From contig CATNEN010000039.1 in NCBI GenBank assembly GCA_950097015.1, positions 19,282,001 through 19,346,000 of the forward strand: DNA of 64,000 nucleotides. Direction: 5' to 3'. The notes under the pieces are model-generated. The model saw nothing but the letters and a program-made list of their open reading frames with translations, made no database searches and had not been told where the DNA came from. Made by a program: the position numbers and the translations under genes. The DNA comes from Macrostomum hystrix (Eukaryota > Animalia > Platyhelminthes). Of the stretch, positions 49,580 to 62,185 are shown one piece after another. Within the stretch, counting starts at the first letter, position 1, and every line of letters starts with the position of its first letter.

Positions 49580-52500
49580 ATGGCAAAGCGTGGTGCCAAA
49601 AGTGCATTGCAGAAGAGTCGCGAGGCAAAGCGACGTCGTCGAGAAGAGACCGCTGAGTCCCGAGAGCAGCGCCTGCAGAAGGACAAAGAGCGGTTGGCTC
49701 GGCGCAGGACTGGTGAATCACCAGAAGAAAGGAACGCTCGTCTGCAGGCCGACAAAGAGCGTTCGGAGCTGCGCAGGTCTGCCGAGACAGAAGCCGAGCG
49801 AGTTGCCCGCCTGCAGGCCGACAAAGAGCGCTCGGAGCTGCGCAGGTCTGCTGAGACGGAAGCCGAGCGAGTTGCCCGCCTGCAGGCCGACAAAGAGCGC
49901 TCGAGTCAGCGAAGGGCTGAAGAATCTGAATCGCAGCGAGACGATCGACTAAGCTCGAATCTCTCGTACTATCGGACATCACTTGAGCCGGAGCAAAGCT
50001 TCAGGTAGGACGATGAAATTGGTTTTGAATTAGAAACTTTTGAGATTGAGATGAGATTTAGAAATTTAATTAACTTAAGAGCTCGCCATTTATGGTTTTT
50101 TATCTCCAGATTGAAATCCCCCCAAGGGCTTCATGGGTACATGGTAGATCCGTAACTTTGAACATATCTGCAAGGTTTCAGAACTTTAATGCATCGGAAA
50201 GGTTTACGGGACGCACACATAACAAGCGCACGATTTTAAGAGGGAGAGTTTAAACTGTTGCTGAGTATACGAGCGTATATGCAGATTATATTTGTTAAGT
50301 GCTTTCAGTATTTTTTGTTTCAGAATAGTTGACGTGCAATATTTTTTCAGTCAACGATTTTTCTGCACAAATATTTCGTTAGTTTTTTTAGTAAAATTGT
50401 CATAAGCAAGGATTTCAGATTTCAGAAAGTGCCTTGCAAATACATCAAATGTATTTGTGCGGTTTGATAACATTTTAATGACTTTTTAATATTTTACATA
50501 CCAGTAATCCATTTGATTTCGATAATTTTGATTTCGCAGCCTTCAGCCACTGCCTCAGAGTTTGCCTCTAAGTGCAACTCAGGTTACCAGGGTCCGCGGT
50601 GATGGCAACTGCTGGTTTCACGCCATCTCTGACCAGCTGATTGGCACTCCAATCTACATGGACCACCAGCAACTCCGGCGCACCATAGCTGCCAATGCGA
50701 GACCGCTGCTGGAAGCTCAGCAGGCCACACTGCAGGCTATTGGGCTGACAGTGGACAGAGTGGTAGCTGAGACTCAGCGCGATGGAGTTGATGTGCATGA
50801 GCACATTGCACCCATATTGAACCAGCTGCTGGATGTGGACTATGTCATCTATCAGTATGCTGACCGTGACAGAAGGCAGCTCCAGCTGGTTCAGCAAGTT
50901 TCAGCTGCTAGGAGGCCTGCGGCTGCTGTGGTGCGGCTTCTCTATGATCGCCATGGTGAACACTACGAGTCTCTGCGCTTCGTGACTGCTGGGTGAGTTC
51001 AGTTCTGGAGTTTTTCGCTTTCAAAATCAGCCTAATGATGACAATGATGAGTACGAAAATCACATCCGAAAGGACTATCCAACTTTTTGTTTATTGAAAT
51101 CAAGAGCCGAGAACTCATCGAGTCCGGCGCCGCCATGTGCTTCTGTTGGGAATTCCGAGAAGCCTACCGGTGAATTCAGTGCAGGATCAGCTGTTCCAGA
51201 TCATTCGGCTGATGACCCTGGGTGAATAATAAATTGATTCTAATTTGTGGGAAATTCAGTTGTAAATAAGACGTGAACAAGTAATCATAACAGCAGGCAA
51301 TTCCTACCCCTTTTTCACTCCACCCAACAGCTGGGCCCAATCGACACCACTGCGTGCCGGCGCTGAGGGGAATTTGGAGCTGCCGGCTGCCAGTGTCGCA
51401 TCCGATATTCCCGAGTTGTCAGATGATGATGCTGGGTGGGTTTGTGCATCGCTTCAAAACCATCGTTGATAGATTTTGCTTTTTTACTTGCTTTGTACTC
51501 TTTCTTTCTTTGCAAAACTTAGTAGGTTTAATGCATGGGATAATTTATTAGAAGTAAAACTTTAGGAATGCATTTTATTCTTCTGGTATGAAATATAGAC
51601 TTTCCCCATACACCACAGAGCCCATGCCGCAGCCAGGCTAGAACCCCAGACTCATCAGCTCGGCCGCATGAGCAAGCCATGCCAGCACTGCCACGCCTTG
51701 GTCTGGAAGGGAGAGCCGCCAGGAATCTGCTGTGCAGCCGGCAAGGTGAAGATGCCTGCAAAGACGGTGCCGCAGGTCCTGCTGGATTTGTTCCTTGGTC
51801 GCCACCCTGAGAGCCCTGATTTCTTGGCCAACATCAGGAGCTACAATGCCGTTCTGCACCTCACCTCGCTGAAGGCAAAGTTGCGATCGTTCCAAGGCTT
51901 CTGTCCCAATTACGTAATCAGTGGAGAGCTGGTGCACACCATCCCGCCTTTGTATGCCCGTGCTAATGATGTGCGTCACGGCTGGCAGGTGTACTTCGTT
52001 GACAATGAGCTGCAGTCCCGCCTGAGACTCAGCAAGAAAGTCAATGAGCAGCTGCTGGCACTGTTGCAGGCTGTGCTGCACGACTGCAACGAGTATGTCC
52101 GGAGCCTGAAGGCTGCAGTTCAGCGGATTAGCGAACAGCCCGAATTGAAAGATGCTCGGATCGTGATCTATCCCGACCGCCGACCTGCTGACGAGCACAT
52201 TCGGTGAGTTTTGCTGATGGGTTTCTGTTTTCTAAGGAATATCGGATTGATAAGTTTCGTCCTACAGTAAATTGAATAATTTTAAGCTTGTCTATATTTA
52301 TCTTGACTTTCTAATTTACTAATTGATTTTAAAGTTCTGCTTTCTTTTTTGCTCTTGTTAAAAGTAATTTTCAGCTCCTAGATAGATAGACTATTTCTTT
52401 TTTACTCCCAAGGCGCTATAATCTGCCCGAAGCAAGCGAAGTTGGCATACTCGTTGTCGGAGATGCTTCCGACAGGGCCATGACTTCTCGTGACGTAGTT

Positions 52501-55500
52501 ATTGAGCTTCAACGTCCTGATGAAGACCGCAGGCGTCTGCTCTCAGTGTCTGTGACGCATCGATCATACGATGCCCTGCAGTACGTGCTGTTCTTGCCGT
52601 ATGGACAGGACGGGTGGCACCCAGAGTTGAGGATGACGAACGGGGGCAAGCTGACGCCTCGCAAATACTACGCCAGCGAGATCATGGTGCGGCCCGGCCT
52701 GTTCAATGCGCTTCACTACGGCCGCCGCCTGCTTCAGCAGTACCTGGTTGATCAATGCTCGAAAATCGAGTGCGAGAGACTGACCTATCTCCGCACCCAC
52801 CAGGATGACCTCCGCAGCGAGACGTACAGCGGCCTGCGCGATGCCCTGTTTGCAGAGGACGGGCTGCGGAACGCAGCGGATCCTAATGAGGTCGGCAAGC
52901 CAGTGTTTCTGTCATCAAGTTTCGTGGGCGGTCCCCGGTACATGATGGAGCGGCTGCAGGATGCAATGGCCTACGTCCAAAAATTTGGTAAGCCGGACCT
53001 GTTTGTGACGGCCACCTGCAACCCGAAGTGGCAGGAGATCAGCGACGAGCTGCTGCCGGGACAGAAGCCGGAGGACCGGCCGGACATTGTCAGCCGCGTG
53101 TTTGAGCTGAAGAAGAAAGCTCTGATGGCGCGACTGAAGAAACTATGTGGTCAGGTCTCCGCGCATGTGTGTTCTCTAGAGTACCAGAAGCGCGGTGAGT
53201 CCGTTGTTATAGAAAATTATTTTTTATGAAGCTATTTTGATTGCTTTTCTGGCTCTGCCTTGATTTATGTCGGCTTGAAAGATGTGCGTGCTTTTTATTT
53301 CAATTAAGTCATTCAAGTTGTTAGATGAAAATGAAGATTCTAATTGCCTACCCTGTAAACTAACGGGAGATGGTGATTTATACTGGTTCTGATATTGTTA
53401 CTCAGGTCTCCCACATGTCCACATATTGCTGTGGCTGGCCAGTGGGCATCGTGTTACTCCTGACCGATACGATGCGATCGTCTCCGCGGAGATTCCGGAT
53501 CCTCGGACTCAGCCAGTGCTGCACGAGCTGGTCAAGACCCACATGATTCACGGGCCGTGTGGCAAAGTGAACCCGCGCTGTTCCTGCATGGAGAACGGCA
53601 AGTGCAGCAAGGGCTTTCCGAAGGAGTTCCTGCCGGCCACACTGGTGAACGACGCAGGCTATCCTCACTACAGGAGGCGTTCCCCAGAAATGGGAGGATT
53701 CGTGGTGCAGAAACCGTTCGTAGGTCGTAACATTACCATGGACAATCGGTGAGTCACTGCATGGTCTTGCTAAACGGCGAAACTCTATACCTCATTTTTA
53801 ATTATGCAACTATGCAACTAAGCTTCGTTGTGAAAAGTGTCACACACCAAATCAATTTCTGAAGTGCAGTTTTGCTCAAATATTTTACTCCTTCACTCAT
53901 TGTTTAGCGCGTTCACTCACTCTGTGCCAGTCACTGTGACTACCACCACATTTCCCATTGAATTCTCAGGTTTGTTGTGCCGTACAATCCAAGCCTGCTC
54001 CTGGAGTTCGCATGCCACATGAATGTGGAAGTCTGCGCCACGGTCAAGTCAGTCAAGTACGTCATTAAGTATTTGCTGAAGAGTGGCGATATGGCGACCT
54101 TCCGAGTGACGCAAGTGACGCAGGAGGCAACTGGTGATGCGCCTCAGTCCGCTGAGCAGCAGGGGGAGGAGCCTGCCGCTGCCAAAGCACGCGATGAAAT
54201 CACCGACTATCTGACTGCCCGTTATATCGGCCCAATGGAGGCTGTTAATACCATTTTGGGATTTGAAGTAAGTTGAATTAATTATTTCTGGAGCTTTAGT
54301 ACCTCTTCGCAACTTTAATACTTTTATTTATCCTTATTTCCTAAAGCCTCTTACAGTTGACTTGATGCTGTAGCTCAGATCCAAGATTTATTCGTTTCCA
54401 TTTAATTGATTAAGCGGGTTCGAAGATCGGATGTGCGGCTTTAAAAAAATTGTTTCCACAGATAATTCATTTTCCGTGACGAGTTTCATATGGGTGGATT
54501 AATGCTCTATGATATGGGATTACTGCCAACTTTATCATTTCCAGCTTAATCACGCTTAACTAGATATTTTTCAGGACTGCAGTTTTGCTATTCATTTGCT
54601 TTAATGCAGACCGTTTCATAGCACTGGCATTGAGCTACAGTATTCGAAACTGCCACATCCCAATCCATCCAGGTGCACAACAGATTTCCCGCAGTCATTC
54701 GCCTCTGCGTGCACGAGCGAAACAAGCAGCTGGTGTACTTCACTGAGGCCACTGCAAGTGCCAGGGCCAGGGCGCCAAGAGATTCGACGCTAACAGCTTT
54801 CTTCAAGCTGTGTCAAACTGACGAGTTCGCTCGGACCCTGCTGTACACTGAGGTGGCGTCCTACTTCATCTGGCACCAGAGCGCCAGAGAGTGGCGCCGC
54901 GCCAAGCGGGGCGTGGAGGTCGAAGGACATCCTGGCGTGAGGCGCAGCACCAACATCTCGCGGATGTACACCGTGTCTCCAAGAGCGGGAGAGCTGTTCT
55001 TTATTCGCCTCCTACTGCTGCACGTGCGAGGACCAACCAGCTACGATGCACTGCGAACTGTAGACGGCGTGCTGCACAGTGATGCAAGAGCTGCGTGCAT
55101 GGCTCTGGGTCTGCTGCAGCGAGATGACCACTGGCAGAGGTGCCTAGCTGAGGCTGTGCAGTCACGGATGCCGAGAGCTCTGAGGCACCTGCTGGCAGTC
55201 ATCCTCATCTGGGGTGAACCTCAGGACGGCGAGAACCTGTGGCGCAGCTTCGCTGATGACCTGTGCGAGGATCTCCGTTATCATAACCCGGAGCTGAGCG
55301 TCGACGAGGTGACCGACATGGCGCTGCGCGAGCTGCAGGGCATGCTTACAGCCATGGGCGGCTTCAGCTTGCCAGAGTACGGACTGCCTGCGGCCTCCGC
55401 TGCACCCCAGGTAGGGCCGCTGCAGTTCGACCCGGTCGAGCAGGCTGAGATAGCTGAGGTGCGAGTTCCACAGCTGACCGAAGAGCAACGGGCTGTGTTC

Positions 55501-57252
55501 GACTCCATCACTGCGGATCTGACCACTGGCACTGGCGGTCTGCACTTTGTAGATGCGCCGGCAGGAACTGGAAAAACATTTTTGCTGGAGGTGCTGCTGG
55601 CCTTCGTACGCAGCAGACGAGAAGTCGCCATTGCTGTCGCAGCATCCGGCATCGCTGCCACCCTGCTGCCTGGCGGACAGACGGCGCACTCAGCGTGAGT
55701 ATTTTCTGACAAAACAAGTCAGTAATGTATGTCTCACATTACGAGCCACATTGCATCTCCCTTCTTGGTTAGGTGAAATAGCATTTCCAATTCCACTTAC
55801 TGTGTAACAGGATTCCATTATTTGTTTGTAAAATTTGCTGCTGGATGTTATTATTGGAAAAAATAGTTTGAAACCTGCACTAATTTTAATTGAAACTTCT
55901 TGGCTGTCAGGTTCAGTATTCCGGTTCGCCTGGTGCGCTCAGACAGGGACGTGTGCAGTGTCGGCGCGCAGTCGCAGAAGGCTGCCATGTTCAGGAGCAC
56001 CCGCCTCATTGTCTGGGACGAGATCTCCATGACCAACCGGAAGGACTTGGAATCCGTGGACAGAACCCTGCGTGACGTTCGGAAGCAAAATTCTCCCTTC
56101 GGAGGAGTGGTGCTGGTGTGCGCTGGAGACTTCCGTCAGCTGCTTCCGGTTGTGAAAAATGGCACCAGGGCTAATAATGTTGAGGCCTGTGTCAGCAGAT
56201 CCAGCCTGTGGAACTCGTTCAGGCGGCACCACCTGACAAGGAACATCCGGTTGCAAAGCAGTTCCGATTATGCGTTGTCTCAACGGTATTCGCATTTGCT
56301 GATGCAGGTGTGTTTAAGAGTAGTAATCATTTTAGTTGGCATTTTTGTGTTTCTTCTGTTACATTTGCTTCTTCATTCTATTCTAACGGATTCTGTTTCC
56401 TCATTGTCAGATTTCTGCTTTTAAGTGTGCTTGGTGGCTATAAAAATGGCATGGCATCGATTTGAAGCTATTTCCCACTCTTTTCAGATCGGCTCTGGCG
56501 CGACCGAGGAGGACTCAGAGGGCAAAATTTCCCTTCCTTCGGAGATCCTGCTGCCGCCAGACGCCTCACTGAGAGACCTGATCGAGTTCGTCTATCCTTC
56601 GTTCGAAGCATCCGAGGTCAGAGACAGCTTCTTGGCAACTCGATTGATCCTGGCGCCGTACAACGACTCGGTCGATGCGATCAACGACCAGTGTCTGGCG
56701 ATGTTTCCGGGCAGCCAGCGCGAGTACCGGTCGGTTGACAGCGTGGCCGATGAGGACTCGGCCACCCACTTCCCGCCGGAGCTGCTGAACCGGTTGGACG
56801 CACCGAACCTGCCAAAGCACCTGATCAGGTTCAAAGTGGGCATGCCGGTGGTCCTGCTGCGGAACATCAACCCGCCTCGGCTGTGCAACGGCACCCGGCT
56901 TATAGTCCTGGCACTGGGGGACAACGTGCTGCGCTGCAAAGTGGCGGCCGGTCAGTTCGCAGGCGATGAAATCCTGCTGCCTCGGATCCCGCTCGTGCCG
57001 AACAACGCAGACTTGCCAATTCGCTTCAAGCGGCTGCAGTTTCCAGTCAAGGCGAGCTTCTGTCTGACTATTCACAAGTCGCAGGGCCAGTCGCTGGAGA
57101 CCGTCGGCATCGACCTGGCTGATGGCTGCTTTGCCCACGGGCAGCTATACACCGCACTGTCTCGTGCCAAAGATGCTGCCAATGTTTGCGTCCGCATTTC
57201 CGGTAATAAGACGCGTAACATTGTGTACCCAGAGGTGCTATCTAGAGATTGA
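49580..57252 (+). CDS. Helitron transposase: STPR-like repeats - OTU cysteine protease - zinc finger - HUH Rep - PIF1-family helicase (11 exons, 1763 aa in this model)
   Basis: Exons 49580-50004, 50540-50992, 51105-51221, 51331-51435, 51619-52203, 52413-53194, 53406-53748, 53970-54267, 54673-55694, 55911-56307, 56488-57252; all GT-AG, phases consistent, total 5292 nt. OTU VRGDGNCW...GEHY. ZnF CQHC...CC. Rep FVTATCNPKW, EYQKRGLPHVH (HUH), KYVIKY. Helicase APAGTGKT, ATLLPGGQTAHS, WDEISM, GDFRQLLPV, LCNGTRL, TIHKSQGQS, HGQLYTALSR. Confidence 0.93.
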
Positions 57253-58639
57253 GCTTTGCATACCCGATGATTGACATTTATCGCGTGAGGAAGGATTGAA
57301 GGGAGGCCTGTCGATGTCAAAAGCGTGAAAGAACGCTCAGTGAAGTGCTGCGACTTTAACAGTGTCGATGTGCAATTTTATGTCTTCAAGGTTTATACTG
57401 AAAAGGCATTCAGCAATAGCAATAATTAGCACTCTAGATCCTTGGGTTGGAATGCTGTCTGGAATCAGATATTTAGCAATCAGTTCATCCTCTCAGTCTT
57501 GGTCAATGGAGAAATTTCCGATAGTCAAGTTTTCTCCCTTGATTATGTCAGTCATTCTCCTAGCAAAGGCTGCTTGAGATATTTAAAATTTCGATGCAGA
57601 AATGTTTTTGAAAGTGCACCGTAGGCCTTCCTTCTGTGTCGCATTTATGCTTCCTCCGGGTTGATGCGGTCTCCTCAAAGTAGTGCCTCTGTTTACGCTC
57701 CATGGTGCGTTTGCGTGTTTCTCAACTGAGAAACTGTTTCTGATGTTGTGTTTGCTGTTTAAGTGAGTCTTGGGTGCAGTATTTGACCATTTTTAAGTGT
57801 AGATTATGTTTTTGTGCCGCAGTACGAAACAGAAGTATTCTCAATTCTCAAATCAAATTCTGGGATGAAACAGTTCACATCCATAGGGTTCCAATCCTTT
57901 CTGTCGTCATTAGACGCCACCCAGACAGACATAACATTTTGTAGGTACGCACACTAGCAATGCGTAAATATGTATTGCTTTCACTTTTATGTGTTCCAGT
58001 CAAACAGTTTAACAAAGTTCGAGATGGCACTCAAGGCTTTCAAACCTGTCTGATGTGGTGTATCTGACTCTAGCAAGTGTGCTGAAGGTGGTACATGTTG
58101 TCCATCATATATATGCTCCACCTGTGCGCACACGTTTGTTTGGGTGGAAGACTTGCCAGATTTCTTAAGTCACAGTAATTGGCAAAGTTTACGGCGAAGC
58201 CGTTGATGTTCAAATGTTCATCAACAAGGTGGACTTAGCCTGCTGTGCTGGAGAGTCACTTTGCTGTTGAGTGACTCTCTCTGTGACTAGAAGGGGCTTC
58301 ATTTTCGCGCCAATACGAGTAGTTCGGTTAAAAGACAAAAAGCTTTAATTCAAGCTATAGAATTTCTCATCATTAGTAAGTTGAAGTTATCTATGTACGA
58401 GTAACTTTGGCTAAAACTCAAATTAAGCCAAGTAGAGCATTATTCATACTCTGATAAGTCTGATTAGCTTGATATTCGGCCACAAATTGTCGCTATCCAT
58501 GTTGATAAAATTTGCCCATGTGAAAAACTGAAGCTCTTTCAGTGACAAAGCCAGTTAGAGCAGTCCAAGGGCTTCGAGCCATGAGTGCATTTCAGTCAGA
58601 AAGGTGCTTATGTCGCAAGTTTTGAGCCTGCAATCTAAA

Positions 58640-59150
58640 TATTCAATTCAGATGCAAAAGAGCAAACGTCAAAACAAACATTGATTCTATTTTCACTGCC
58701 GACGCGTTTCGTCAAAAGCGGACATCTTCAGGGCAAACAAACCAACGAAAACGAAAACCCAACCGAAAATGTATTTAAATTGAATCGAAAAAATATTGAG
58801 CGAACAAAAACAAACAGAAGGAACGAAGAAACATGTAAATGCTGTAAACTTTTATAACAACGAACCAATCAGTGCAACCACACCACCACGCAAAACGAGA
58901 TAAAAAAATTCTGAGATGCTCCATATACCCTTACTCACAAGCTGAACGTTCGAGCTTGGGTTGTACTTCCTAATGTACGTAACTTCCAACAACTTTAGTT
59001 TTTTATCGTTGTTACATCCATCCATCACCATGAAAAACTGCATAGGTTCACAGTCACAACACGCCTTGCAAATGAATAGGTGGTCTTTAATGGCCGAAGA
59101 CCCAAGCCAGTGCTCCCTCACCCTCTTGTGCAGATGCCGTTCTATCAAAC
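58640..59150 (-). mobile_element. 5'-truncated Penelope-like retroelement fragment (C-terminal GIY-YIG endonuclease + 3' region with hammerhead) inside the Helitron
   Basis: ERHLHKRVREH..SAIKDH...F.VMD..NN.KKLKLLEVTYIRKYNPSSNVQ matches the C-terminal half of PLE GIY-YIG domains (RxxEH, SAxxxH, E..xI..xxPxLN); same strand as, and upstream of, the hammerhead. Confidence 0.8.
58697..58735 (-). ncRNA. Minimal type I hammerhead ribozyme (Penelope-associated)
   Basis: Minus strand reads UGCC CUGAAGA U GUC cgcuuuu GAC GAAA CGCG UC GGCA: stem I UGCC/GGCA, core CUGANGA and GAAA, stem II GUC/GAC, palindromic stem III ACGCGU, GUC cleavage triplet. Confidence 0.85.
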
Positions 59151-60411
59151 ACTGAAACATTCTTAGAAATGTGGTAGATCCATCAGAAACAGCCCGTTAG
59201 AAAAGTGGAAGATCAATTTGCATCAGCTCGTGTCAGAAACGTCTTTCTGACTGAATTCTGTGCACGGTTTTCCAACAGCTCTAAGGAACTTTCTTCATCA
59301 CCATAGCAGGAGGTGCTTGCAAGCAGACACACACGCTTAATTCGTGTAGATTCATGTGTTAAAGGACTTTTTTACTTGTGTTTTTGTGTTACTTGTGTTA
59401 CTTGTGTTTTACTTGTGTTAAGTGTTTTTTTACTTCGCTACTAGCTAGCTGAGACTATAAAATCTCCTAGATAACATGGAAACCTCTTTTTGAGCTGAGA
59501 CAGAACTGGCCCTGTTCATTTCAACAGCTGTTTTCCCTATTCAACGGAAAAATATAAATTTAAATATTGAAGTACCTCTCTTTATTATCTTATCATTCTT
59601 TCAGTTCCGTTGTACTTACGAGTAATGCCTTTCTGCACGGTTTTCGCTGAACCAGTAGCTTCATAGCTCATAGCTCTATGCTGAAACATAGCTCAAATAT
59701 TGTCTTTTTTCGTCGCATTATTGCAGTGACACGAGGATTCATAATCATTCTCCTAATTTTCTTTTGTCACCTCTTCCATCCAACTCCGGGTTTTTCCGGT
59801 TCCGTTTTCTCCGGCCAAAGCCGGTTTTTCGGTTTCCCGGTTTTTTCATCTGGAGTTCTTCCAGTTTTATGTACAAATCGCTTTTATGTACATATTATGC
59901 ACTCACCGATTCAAAGTTTTCGTGATGCCAACAGTTAAATTGCTTTTTGGTTGATCGTTTGCAACACCTTTTCGCTGTGTACATTTCCCTTACACATAAT
60001 GTATCAAATTAATTTGATATCGGTTCGCAATTTATTTATATATTTGGCAGCTGCACGCACGTGAAATTGAAATTGCATGAAACAATAGGATACTGCGATC
60101 CTGTAGTAGATGCATGTCCGAAGCTGCTTTCCTTCAGTTTTCTTTTATTTCATTCTTATTCATCATTATATATCGCTTCTGTCTTTTTTAATGACAGAAG
60201 AGAGACCAGAAGACAGAAGACATACATTTTCAGTTAAGAGAGAATGTACTGCATATGATGTGCCTTAAATTGGCGAAATTAGTAATGACTAATAGATTAG
60301 TGAGTAACACTCACATTTCTGTTTAATAGGATTACCGCTGAGAAGTAGTTATGGAATATTGAAAACATTATTTATTGATTGCTTGCTGTGTCAGTGGTGG
60401 CAGATCGTGCA

Positions 60412-60785
60412 AGATAGTGATAGATGGTGACAGATGTTGACAGATGGTAATAGATGGTGACCGATGGTGATAGATTGTGATAGATGGTGACAGATTGTCA
60501 CAGATGGTGCCATCTGTCATCTGTCATCTGCTGTCATCTGGGGGACAGTGCTCTGTTTGCTGGTGTGGATTGTGCTGACTGCTGTTGGAATTATGCTCTG
60601 TCTGCTGTGGGGATTTTTGTGTCTGCAGAGGGACTGTGTTCTGTCTATTGGGCGGATTGTGCTGCATTCTGCATGGGACGATTGTTCTCTGTCTGGCTGG
60701 GGATTGCGCTGTCTGCTCAGTGGGGGGGATTGTGCTGTCTGCAGAGGGACTGTGCTCTGTCTACTGGGGGGATTATGCTGCCTGC
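60412..60785. repeat. Subterminal degenerate repeats of the Helitron (10-bp gatggtgaca; ~21-bp tgtgctctgtctactggggga-like)
   Basis: Tandem degenerate units just upstream of the 3' hairpin. Confidence 0.75.
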
Positions 60786-62185
60786 TGGTAGTCAAAAGAA
60801 GGTCCACTTATTTGTGCTCCCCGGAGGGGGGCAAAACTTGCTAGTCCAACTATACTAAATCTCTAAAGTCTGTCTGTCTGTCTGTCTGTCTGTCTGTGGA
60901 ATTTCGATACACAGGCTAAATGCCTCAACCAAATTTGATCGCGTTTTTTGCTAAACATGCCAAATTTTACTGGCATGAGACCTTGAAAATTTCGTTAGTC
61001 TGCTTCAATGCTAACAATATTAAATATTCGAAAAACGAGTTTTCCTATTGCTTTCAATAGGAGGCCAAACAAGGTTAAATTGGAATAGGTCCGGGCACTG
61101 TAAGTTTTATTAGATTGCATCGGTGCTTTTTCTCGCCCGCGCGTGCATTGGTATAGCACAGAACAGGGCCCGATACTCTCAATTGAATGCGATTGCGTCA
61201 ATGCTTTTCGACCCGTACGTGCGTTTATAAATTTGTCTCTTGGCTGATTGAGTGATTTCAGACGTACGAGTACATAGCAGATTTCATGATTGGGCTTTTA
61301 TGATGCTCAATGCTAGCGAGACCTCTCCTCCTCCTTTCTATCCATAAAACTGCAGCCTTTCTATTGTCAAACCTTGTCTCGACTTCGATCATTGTGCCGC
61401 TTTCTTTTCATCTAGCTCCGAAGTAAAGTACTTTAATGCTATTGTAGAATGCAGGTAGAATTTCAGCATCGGTTTTGTTACTGCTTCTTTTTCTTCTAAT
61501 CTTCTAAACATCAGCAGTTAAAAACGTAAGTTCCTGTTTATTAGTATTTTTTGGGCATTTTTGGTTCGAGTATAAATAGTAAGCGCTTTTGGTTAGCTAC
61601 TGTCGAAGCAGATATTTGTTAGCTTTACTATTCCTGTACTCGCTTTCAGAAAATAGTATTCGTTTTCGAGTAAAGCAGCAAGTTTTATTCGATAATAAAA
61701 CTTCGGAAATATTTTTGTGCATAGCTGCAGGCGTTATCACAATTGAGAACTGCAAGAAAAAAATATTGAGCGCAGCTAAGAGCGTAAATTATTTCAAATT
61801 TTTCTATTTTTTGAGCATTGTTTTAAGCGTTATTCGATCAAAAAATAGCTTATTTAATAATAATAATTATAAAACTTTATTCGACGAACACTGATCGAAA
61901 CCGTTTTCTAAAGTGCTCAACGATTTTCTAAATGTGTCCAACGATTTTCTAAATGTGTTTAACAGTTTTCTAAATGTATCTACCGTGCCACATGTAACAG
62001 GAGATGTAACAGGAGATATTTGTTGCCTTCTGGGCTGAGTAAAACGATGGACACATCGTTTCTATGCTATTTGGGGGCAATGGTTTCCTGTCAAAGAAAA
62101 AGGGCGAAAATTTCTTGCTGCGAGTTTGGTAGCCTGCAAGTAGCCTCCATTCTGGTATTATGGAGGTTCTCTTCTGTTTGGAGAA

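Larger units (their letters stand above)
48683..60844 (+). mobile_element. Autonomous Helitron (~12.2 kb)
   Basis: 5' A|TCCTACTATACTAAAT followed by tctg repeats; 3' hairpin tgctcccc-gga-ggggggca (60815-60833) then CTAG (60841-60844)|T; no TSD; encodes an intact RepHel. Confidence 0.92.

Noticed and set aside
54673-57252. Host PIF1 helicase gene
   Set aside because: In frame with an HUH Rep domain and enclosed by Helitron termini.
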